A DNA stretch of 35,011 bases from Bacilli bacterium (GTDB taxonomy: Bacteria; Bacillota_I; Bacilli_A; ML615J-28; CAG-313), in contig JAZOLP010000183.1 in assembly GCA_045653225.1 (NCBI GenBank), forward strand, positions 1-35,011, in the 5' to 3' direction. The position numbers and the translations under genes were made by a program. This document shows positions 27,812 through 35,011 of the stretch, piece by piece. The notes below the pieces were generated by a model that was not told where the DNA came from, made no database searches, and saw only the letters and a program-made list of their open reading frames with translations. The stretch's first letter is position 1; each line of letters starts with the position of its first letter.

Positions 27812-28834
27812 ATGATTAACTTAAGAAACGATTATTGTGGCGTTTGCCATCCAAAAATTTTAGAAGCATTGTATAAAAAAAGTAAGAATGTTTATGTCGG
27901 CTATGGATTAGATGAAGAAAGTAAATCAGCTGAAAGTAAAATAAAAAGTTTAATAAATAATGAAAATGCAAAAGTCTATTTTACTTTAGGTGGTACATCT
28001 ACAAATAAGATAGTAATAGCACACGCTTTAAAAACATATGGTGCAGCAATTGCTTGTGATACTGGTCATATTAATGTTCATGAAACTGGAGCTATTGAAG
28101 CAACAGGGCATAAAGTTATAACATATCATAATGTAAGTGGAAAACTAACAGCAGAGGGTGTAGAAAATCTTGTTCTAAACCATCCTGATTTTCATATGGT
28201 AAAACCTGGATTAGTTTATATTTCTAATTCAACAGAGTATGGTAGTGTATACACAAAAGATGAATTAGTTAAATTATCAGAGATGTGTAAAAAATATAAT
28301 CTATATTTTTATATTGATGGAGCAAGACTAGGATGTGCGCTAACATCTAAACAATGTGATTACACTCTTGAAGAAATGGCAAGTTTATGTGATGCATTTT
28401 ATATTGGTGGAACTAAAAATGGTTTAATGTTAGGTGAAGCATTAGTAGTATTAAATGATAAATTAAATGAAGATATAAGATATTCTATTAAATGTCATGG
28501 TGGAATGTATGCTAAAGGATTTGTAAATGGCATTATGTTTAATGAGTTATTTACTGATAATTTATTCTTTGATATTGCAAAACAAGAAAACGCACTTGCT
28601 GAAAAATTATACAATGAATTAAAACAATTAGGAATTAATTTCTTGTTAGAACAAGAAACTAATCAAATATTCCCTATATTTAAAAATGATGTAGTTGAGA
28701 AATTAAAAAATCAAATTAGTTTTGAAATTTGGAGTGTTGAAAAAGAGTTTACTTCAATTAGATTTGTGACTAGTTTCCTAACTACTGAAGAAGACATAAA
28801 ACAAACAATTAATATCATAAAACAATATTTATAA
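27812..28834 (+). CDS. ltaE: low-specificity L-threonine aldolase (PLP-dependent)
   Basis: NDY, GYG.D, GGT.TN, GHINVHETGAIE, TEYGSVY, DGARL, GGTKNG (PLP lysine). Confidence 0.88.
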   Translation: MINLRNDYCGVCHPKILEALYKKSKNVYVGYGLDEESKSAESKIKSLINNENAKVYFTLGGTSTNKIVIAHALKTYGAAIACDTGHINVHETGAIEATGHKVITYHNVSGKLTAEGVENLVLNHPDFHMVKPGLVYISNSTEYGSVYTKDELVKLSEMCKKYNLYFYIDGARLGCALTSKQCDYTLEEMASLCDAFYIGGTKNGLMLGEALVVLNDKLNEDIRYSIKCHGGMYAKGFVNGIMFNELFTDNLFFDIAKQENALAEKLYNELKQLGINFLLEQETNQIFPIFKNDVVEKLKNQISFEIWSVEKEFTSIRFVTSFLTTEEDIKQTINIIKQYL

Positions 28835-28859
28835 GGTACAAGTTTTTGTACCTTTTTTT
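28833..28859 (+). terminator. intrinsic terminator
   Basis: AAGGTACAA/TTGTACCTT stem with T-run. Confidence 0.75.
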
Positions 28860-28912
28860 GTATTATTTTTAGAAAAAATGATATAATATTATATAAGGAA
28901 AGGAGATGCTTT

Positions 28913-30172
28913 TTGATGAATAAAGTTTTTTTATGTATTGATTTAAAATCATTTTACGCATCAGTTGAATGTGTTGAACGCGGACTTGATCCATTTACTA
29001 CAAACCTAGTAGTAGCAGATCCTTCACGCGGTAATGGAGCAATTTGTCTTGCTGTATCTCCTTTTATGAAAGCAAATGGTGTAAAAAATAGATGTAGAAT
29101 TTTTGAAATACCTAAAAATATTAATTATATTACAGCTATACCTAGAATGAAAAAATATATTGAATATTCTGCTGATATTTATAGTGTTTACTTAAAATAT
29201 ATTAGTCCAGAAGATATTTTAGTTTATTCTATTGATGAATGTTTTATTGATGCAACAAGTTATTTAAAACTTTATAATGTTACTCCAAAAGAACTTGCTA
29301 AAATGATTATTGATGATGTTATTAAAACAACAGGTATTTGTGCAACTGCAGGTATTGGTTCTAATCTTTTTTTAGCAAAAGTTGCATTAGATATAAGAGC
29401 TAAACATGCTGAAGACTTTATAGGTTATTTAGATATTGATGAATTTAAGAAACATATTTGGCACCACGAGCCTATTACTGACATTTGGAATATAGGATCT
29501 GGCATCGCAAGAAGGCTTGAAAAATATGGAGCATTTAATTTGTATGATGTTACATTAATCCCTGAAGAAAAATTATATAAAGAATTTGGTGTCAATGCGG
29601 AATTTTTAATTGATCATGCACACGGTATTGAACCTTGTACAATAGAAGAAATTCATAATTATAAATCAAAAAATCATGGTATTTTTAATAATCAAATATT
29701 GTTTGAAGACTATAGTTATTCAGATGCTTATCTTGTTATGAAAGAAATGATTGAATTAAATGTCTTAGAATTAGTAGATAAAAATTTAGTTACTAATCAT
29801 ATTTCAATAGGAATTGGGTATTCAAAAGATGTTATTAGACCTACAGGTGGAAGTAGAAAACTAAGCATTTATACTAATTCTCATAAAATTTTAAATGAAT
29901 ATGTACTTGCTTTATTTAGAGAAACTACAGTAAGAGACGTTCCAATTCGAAGAATGAGTATTGCATTTGGTAATGTTAAACCATTAGAATTTGCTAGTCT
30001 TACTTTGTTTACTGATGTTGAAGCTGAACAAAAAGAACAACAAATGCAAAAAGCAATACTTTCTATTAAGAAAAAATATGGGAAAAATTCGATTGTTAAA
30101 GGTATGGATTTACAAGAAAAAGCTACAACAAGAAAACGCAATAAATTAATAGGAGGACACAATGGGGAGTGA
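28913..30172 (+). CDS. Y-family translesion DNA polymerase (UvrX/YqjW/ImpB-like)
   Basis: CIDLKSFYASVEC, PRM..Y, YSIDE, GIG.N..LAKVALD, C-terminal IK.KYGKN....G. Confidence 0.9.
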   Translation: MMNKVFLCIDLKSFYASVECVERGLDPFTTNLVVADPSRGNGAICLAVSPFMKANGVKNRCRIFEIPKNINYITAIPRMKKYIEYSADIYSVYLKYISPEDILVYSIDECFIDATSYLKLYNVTPKELAKMIIDDVIKTTGICATAGIGSNLFLAKVALDIRAKHAEDFIGYLDIDEFKKHIWHHEPITDIWNIGSGIARRLEKYGAFNLYDVTLIPEEKLYKEFGVNAEFLIDHAHGIEPCTIEEIHNYKSKNHGIFNNQILFEDYSYSDAYLVMKEMIELNVLELVDKNLVTNHISIGIGYSKDVIRPTGGSRKLSIYTNSHKILNEYVLALFRETTVRDVPIRRMSIAFGNVKPLEFASLTLFTDVEAEQKEQQMQKAILSIKKKYGKNSIVKGMDLQEKATTRKRNKLIGGHNGE

Positions 30173-30488
30173 TCGAGCAAGACAATTTCTTCCTTTTGAT
30201 GCCTTAAAAGGTTTCAAAGAAGAAATCAGAAAACGAGAAAAAATTAAAGTAGATAAAATTGAATTATCAGAAGACTTAGCATTTGAGCTTGAATACAAGT
30301 TAAAATGTGTAAAAAAGGGAATGATAATAAAAGTTGTTCATTATTGTAATGATGAATATTTAGAAACATATGGTATGGTATCTGACTTTAATGAAACATT
30401 TAAATATTTAACAATTGTAAAAACTAAAATATATTTTAATGATATCTTGGATATTAAAGGTGAAAATATAAAATCAATTGATTTTTAA
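30162..30488 (+). CDS. YolD-like accessory protein
   Basis: DRARQF.PF.AL.G N-terminal motif, IELSED, C-terminal I.FNDILDI; AGGAGG RBS inside the polymerase 3' end. Confidence 0.82.
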   Translation: MGSDRARQFLPFDALKGFKEEIRKREKIKVDKIELSEDLAFELEYKLKCVKKGMIIKVVHYCNDEYLETYGMVSDFNETFKYLTIVKTKIYFNDILDIKGENIKSIDF

Positions 30489-30535
30489 AGATATTTTTGG
30501 TATATTATTATTAATAGAAAATAAAGGAGTTTTTT

Positions 30536-33148
30536 ATGACAGATTATAAAATAGTTGACTCATTAGAAAGTTTTAAAATTGCTTTAGAAGAATGTAAAAA
30601 TGCACAAAAAGTGTTTGCTACATACACTCAAGAACAAGTAGATGAAATTTTTAAAGCTGCTGCACTTGCTGCAAATAACGCAAGAATTCCTCTTGCAAAA
30701 CTTGCAGTATCAGAAACTGGTATGGGTGTAGTTGAAGATAAAGTAATAAAAAATCATTATGCTGCTGAGTATATTTATAATGCTTATAAGAATACACAAA
30801 CATGTGGTGTCATTGAAAGAGATGTTGCAAATGGTATTATAAAAATTGTAGAACCTATTGGTGTTATCGGAGCAGTTATTCCAACAACAAATCCTACATC
30901 AACTGCAATTTTTAAAACTTTACTTGCACTTAAAACAAGAAATGGAATTATTATTAGTCCACATCCTCGTGCAAAGAAATCAACGATTGAAGCTTCTCGT
31001 ATTGTTTTAGAAGCTGCAGTTAAAGCAGGAGCACCAGAAGGAATTATTAAGTGGATTGATGTTCCAAGTCTTGAACTTACTTCAGCAGTAATGAAAGAAT
31101 CAGACATTATTCTTGCAACAGGTGGTCCTGGTATGGTACGTGCTGCTTATTCAAGTGGTACACCAGCTCTAGGTGTTGGTGCAGGTAATACTCCTGTTAT
31201 TCTTGACTCATCATGTGATGTAGTACTTGCTGTAAATTCAATAATTCATTCTAAAACATTTGATAATGGGATGATTTGTGCTTCCGAACAATCAGTTTTA
31301 GTAATGGAAGATATCTATAAAGAAGTTAAGAAAGAATTTGTTAAACGTGGTTGTCATGTTTTATCTAAAGAAGAATTAAGAAAAGTTAGAAAAACTATTA
31401 TAATTAATGGTTCATTAAATGCAAAAATTGTTGGTCAAAGTGCTTATACTATTGCATCTTTATCTGGTATTGAAGTACCTAAGGATACTAAAGTATTAAT
31501 AGGTGAAGTTGAAAGTGTTGATTTAAAAGAAGAATTTGCACATGAAAAATTATCTCCAGTTCTTGCAATGTATAAAGTTAAATCATTTGATGAAGCGTTA
31601 GATAAAGCAGACAAATTAGTAGAAGATGGTGGCTATGGTCATACATCTAGTATCTATATTAATCAAATCACTGAACAAGAACGTTATATGAAATTTGCTA
31701 ATAGAATGAAAACATGTCGTATATTAGTAAATACTCCTTCGTCATTTGGTGGAATTGGAGATTTATATAACTTTAAACTTGCACCATCATTGACACTTGG
31801 TTGTGGTTCTTGGGGTGGCAATAGTGTTTCTGATAATGTTGGTGTAAAACATTTATTAAACGTAAAAACAGTTGCAGAAAGAAGGGAAAATATGCTTTGG
31901 TTTAGAACTCCTAGTAAAGTATATATTAAGCGTGGTTCTTTAGGTGTTGCACTTAATGAATTAAAATATGTATTAAACAAGAAAAAAGTATTTATTGTTA
32001 CTGATGAATTCTTATTTAATAATGGCTTTTTAAAACCTGTTACAAATAAATTAAATGAATTAAATATTCAATATTCTGTATTTTCTAATGTAGAACCAGA
32101 TCCTACTTTATCTTGTGCTAAAGCTGGAGCTAAAGAAATGGAAAGCTTTAAACCTGATGCAATTATTGCATTCGGTGGTGGGTCTGCAATGGATGCTGCT
32201 AAAATTATGTGGGTATTATATGAACATCCAGAAGTTGATTTCTTTGATATGGCAATGAGATTTGTAGATATTCGTAAACGTATTTATGATTTCCCTAAGA
32301 TGGGAGAAAAAGCTTTCTTTATTGCTGTACCTACATCTTCAGGTACTGGTTCAGAAGTTACACCATTTGCAGTAATTACTGATGATGAATCTCATATTAA
32401 ATATCCTCTTGCTGATTATGAATTACTTCCTAATATGGCAATTGTTGATACTGATCTTATGATGAGTGCTCCAAAAGGATTAACTGCGGCATCTGGTATT
32501 GATGCATTAACACATGCTCTTGAAGCCATTGCTTCAATGCTTGCAACAGAATATACTGATAGTCTTGCAAAAGAATCTATTAAGAATATCTTTGCTTATT
32601 TACCAAGATGTTATACTGATGGTCTAACAGACTTTGAAGCAAGAGAAAAAATGGCTAATGCTGCTACAATGGCTGGTATGGCTTTTGCAAATGCATTCTT
32701 AGGTGTATGTCACTCTATGGCTCATAAACTTGGCGCTTTCTTTAATCTTCCTCATGGTGTTGCTAATGCATTAATGATTGAAGAAGTAATCAGATTCAAT
32801 TCAAGCAATACTCCTGTAAAAATGGGAACATTCCCTCAGTATACACATCCTCATACAATTGAAAAATATGCTGATATCGCAAAATACTTAGGTCTACCTG
32901 GTAAAACTAATGAAGAATTATTAGAATCATTAATTAAGAAGATTAATGAACTAAAAGCATTTATTGGTATTAAATCTTCAATTAGTGAATATGGAATTAG
33001 TGAAGAAGCATTCTTAAATTCCATTGATGAAATGGTTGAACAAGCATTTGATGATCAATGTACAGGTGCTAACCCTAGATATCCATTGATGAGCGAAATC
33101 AAACAAATGTACTTAAATGCATATTACAATAAACAGGAGGTTAAATAA
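30536..33148 (+). CDS. adhE: bifunctional acetaldehyde-CoA/alcohol dehydrogenase
   Basis: PTTNPTST, ATGGPGMV, GVGAGN, ICASEQ, LGCGSWGGN, RRENMLWF linker, GGGSAMDAAK, GTGSE, HSMAH, PHG. Confidence 0.97.
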   Translation: MTDYKIVDSLESFKIALEECKNAQKVFATYTQEQVDEIFKAAALAANNARIPLAKLAVSETGMGVVEDKVIKNHYAAEYIYNAYKNTQTCGVIERDVANGIIKIVEPIGVIGAVIPTTNPTSTAIFKTLLALKTRNGIIISPHPRAKKSTIEASRIVLEAAVKAGAPEGIIKWIDVPSLELTSAVMKESDIILATGGPGMVRAAYSSGTPALGVGAGNTPVILDSSCDVVLAVNSIIHSKTFDNGMICASEQSVLVMEDIYKEVKKEFVKRGCHVLSKEELRKVRKTIIINGSLNAKIVGQSAYTIASLSGIEVPKDTKVLIGEVESVDLKEEFAHEKLSPVLAMYKVKSFDEALDKADKLVEDGGYGHTSSIYINQITEQERYMKFANRMKTCRILVNTPSSFGGIGDLYNFKLAPSLTLGCGSWGGNSVSDNVGVKHLLNVKTVAERRENMLWFRTPSKVYIKRGSLGVALNELKYVLNKKKVFIVTDEFLFNNGFLKPVTNKLNELNIQYSVFSNVEPDPTLSCAKAGAKEMESFKPDAIIAFGGGSAMDAAKIMWVLYEHPEVDFFDMAMRFVDIRKRIYDFPKMGEKAFFIAVPTSSGTGSEVTPFAVITDDESHIKYPLADYELLPNMAIVDTDLMMSAPKGLTAASGIDALTHALEAIASMLATEYTDSLAKESIKNIFAYLPRCYTDGLTDFEAREKMANAATMAGMAFANAFLGVCHSMAHKLGAFFNLPHGVANALMIEEVIRFNSSNTPVKMGTFPQYTHPHTIEKYADIAKYLGLPGKTNEELLESLIKKINELKAFIGIKSSISEYGISEEAFLNSIDEMVEQAFDDQCTGANPRYPLMSEIKQMYLNAYYNKQEVK

Positions 33149-33909
33149 TGGGAAAATTTAATTATGATACTGTTATTGCAGTAAGAAAAAATAAAAAGAT
33201 TTATCGTGATAAAGATTTAGCTATTAAAGTATTTAGTACTGATTATTCTAAAAGCGATGTTTTAAATGAAGCATTAAACCAAGCTCGTGTTGAAACTACT
33301 GGATTAAATATCCCTAAAATTAAAGAAGTTACTCAAACAAGTGAAGGTGAATGGGTAATTGTTACTGAATTTATTGAAGGTAAAACACTACAACAATTAA
33401 TTGATGAAAATCCAGAAGAAAAAGAAAAATACATGGAAATGTTTGTCAGACTTCAAATTGATGTATGTAATCACAAATGTACATTACTTACTAAATTAAA
33501 AGATAAAATGGCTAATAAAATTGAACTTGCAAATATTGATTCAACTATTAAATATGAATTAAGAACAAGATTAGAAGGAATCACTAGACAAAATCAATTG
33601 TGTCATGGAGATTTTAATCCATCTAATATTATTTTAAAAGAAGATGGTTCAATGTATATTTTAGACTGGGCTCATGCCACTCAAGGTGCTCCATGTGCTG
33701 ATTGTGCGAGAACATATCTTACATATTGTCTTGATAATGACTTTGAAACAGCTAAATTATATTTAGAAATGTATTGTAATATTTCTGGTATTCCTACTAA
33801 AAATATTCAAAGATGGCTTCCTATTGTTGCCGCAAGTCAAAGTGTTAAAAATATTAAAGAAGAAAGAGAACTATTACTTTCTTGGATTAATGTATCAGAA
33901 TATGAATAA
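33148..33909 (+). CDS. APH/choline-kinase-like phosphotransferase
   Basis: IKVF, NEA, EFIEGKTL, Brenner motif CHGDFNPSNI, ILDW, D.ARTY; CAGGAGG RBS and TAATG overlap with adhE. Confidence 0.85.
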   Translation: MGKFNYDTVIAVRKNKKIYRDKDLAIKVFSTDYSKSDVLNEALNQARVETTGLNIPKIKEVTQTSEGEWVIVTEFIEGKTLQQLIDENPEEKEKYMEMFVRLQIDVCNHKCTLLTKLKDKMANKIELANIDSTIKYELRTRLEGITRQNQLCHGDFNPSNIILKEDGSMYILDWAHATQGAPCADCARTYLTYCLDNDFETAKLYLEMYCNISGIPTKNIQRWLPIVAASQSVKNIKEERELLLSWINVSEYE

Positions 33910-33913
33910 AATA

Positions 33914-33951
33914 AAATACCTCTAGTTTAATCCTAGAGGTATTTATTTTTT
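33914..33951 (+). terminator. intrinsic terminator closing the adhE-kinase unit
   Basis: AAATACCTCTAG/CTAGAGGTATTT stem followed by a T-rich tract. Confidence 0.85.
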
Positions 33952-33999
33952 GCAAATACATTAAAAAAATGATATAATTTATTAAAAGAGGTGATGAAA

Positions 34000-34851
34000 A
34001 TGATTTGGACAATTATATTAATATTAGACTTAATATTAACTGTATTTTTTAGCCCAATGTTTTGTAATGACAAATGTAACACTGGTTTAAATATTTTTGT
34101 TCATTTATTAGTATTTATAGTATGTTTAATTATTTTAATATTACTAACTGTCATTTTTTATGCATTAATGTCTCTTACGTTCAATAAAAATAAAGAGTAT
34201 GAAAATGTAAGATTTAGAAGATTTATTTTTAATATTGGGGTTACTTTTATTGTAGAGTTGTTAAATGTTCAAATAAAATATAACGGAACAAATAAATTAC
34301 CAAAAGATAAGAAATATTTACTTGTTTTAAATCATAAAGGATTGTTTGATGCAGTAACTCTTGCACATTATTTTAAAAAAGAAAAGTTATCGATGATATC
34401 TAAACCTGAAAATTTTAATATTCCAGTTATTGGTCCTTTTATGCATGGCATGGGACATTTATCGTTAGATAGAGAAAATAATAGAAACGCATTAAAAACA
34501 ATTCTTAAAGCAATAAATTTAATAAAAGAAGATAAATATATTGTAGGAGTTTGTCCTGAAGGAACAAGAAATAAGGAAGTTGGTTTACTTCCATTTAAAT
34601 CAGGTTGTTTTAAAATCGCAACAAAAGCTGAATGTCCAATAGCTGTTTGTACGATTAAAAATTCTGAAAAGGTATTTAAGAATTTCCCATTTAAAAAAAC
34701 TGTTATTGAATTTAATGTTGTAGATATTATTTCATATGAAGAAATAAAAGATTTATCTACTCATGAAATAGGATTTAAAGTAAGAAGAAAAATGATTGAA
34801 GATTTAAATATTAATGAAACAATCGAACAAAGCAAATCAATGATAGAGTAA
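34000..34851 (+). CDS. plsC: 1-acyl-sn-glycerol-3-phosphate acyltransferase
   Basis: two N-terminal TM segments, NHKGLFD, ISK.E, LDR, CPEGTR, PFKSG.F; GAGGTG RBS favours ATG 34000. Confidence 0.82.
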   Translation: MIWTIILILDLILTVFFSPMFCNDKCNTGLNIFVHLLVFIVCLIILILLTVIFYALMSLTFNKNKEYENVRFRRFIFNIGVTFIVELLNVQIKYNGTNKLPKDKKYLLVLNHKGLFDAVTLAHYFKKEKLSMISKPENFNIPVIGPFMHGMGHLSLDRENNRNALKTILKAINLIKEDKYIVGVCPEGTRNKEVGLLPFKSGCFKIATKAECPIAVCTIKNSEKVFKNFPFKKTVIEFNVVDIISYEEIKDLSTHEIGFKVRRKMIEDLNINETIEQSKSMIE

Positions 34852-34855
34852 AGAT

Positions 34856-35011
34856 ATGATTAATGATTTGCCTAATTTAATTAAAGAAAAAGTATTAAAT
34901 TTGTCTTATAAGATTGATGATATTGGAAGAAGTAGTGACAAAGTAGTTATTTTTGAAGATAAATATATTTTAAAAATATCAAGTGATATTTCTAGATTAG
35001 AAAAAGAATAT
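34856..35011 (+). CDS. N-terminal fragment (runs off the window) of a probable APH(3')-like phosphotransferase
   Basis: hand translation MINDLPNLIKEKVLNLSYKIDDIGRSSDKVVIFEDKYILKISSDISRLEKEY shows the D.IG.S...V....LK......L..E pattern of the APH N-lobe; not in the ORF track. Confidence 0.6.
   Translation, partial: MINDLPNLIKEKVLNLSYKIDDIGRSSDKVVIFEDKYILKISSDISRLEKEY

Noticed and set aside
1-35011. CRISPR arrays, tRNA/rRNA, IS elements, prophage or defence islands, and UGA-Trp recoding
   Set aside because: I saw no spaced repeats, RNA-gene signatures or recombinases; TGA terminates complete proteins at 19456, 22562 and 30172

Overview
A very AT-rich (about one quarter GC by eye), gene-dense chromosomal segment. 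It uses the standard code (TGA ends ORFs, Trp is TGG), has sigmaA-type promoters, AGGAGG-type RBSs and a T-box, and almost all genes are on the + strand. This fits an anaerobic low-GC Bacillota; an Acholeplasmatales/Anaeroplasma-like Bacilli lineage is my inference. I see no tRNA, rRNA, CRISPR, integrase or transposase. Gene content in order: DegV, a membrane XRE regulator, MarR plus a heterodimeric multidrug-type ABC exporter, a DEDDh exonuclease, an acyltransferase, an SIS protein, an M29 peptidase, a VWA lipoprotein, a nitroreductase, an M3 peptidase, small membrane proteins, a TerB-like protein, a two-gene c-di-GMP module, Met T-box-metNIQ, a polar amino-acid ABC importer, a kinase/HD pair, threonine aldolase, Y-family polymerase plus YolD, adhE plus an APH-like kinase, plsC and a truncated APH-like gene. 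The strongest candidates for novelty are: (1) a 1337-aa TetR-PAS-GGDEF*-GAF-GGDEF*-EAL fusion with a palindrome over its own promoter, coupled to a membrane diguanylate cyclase; (2) an unassigned structured ~165-nt leader with a terminator and an alternative pairing, behind tandem ARG-like boxes; (3) the circularly permuted substrate-binding protein that this leader precedes; (4) a Met T-box whose inserted hairpin loop is the exact complement of its own tRNA-binding bulge; (5) a kinase translationally coupled to adhE. All calls rest on motif reading only; no searches or folding programs were run.
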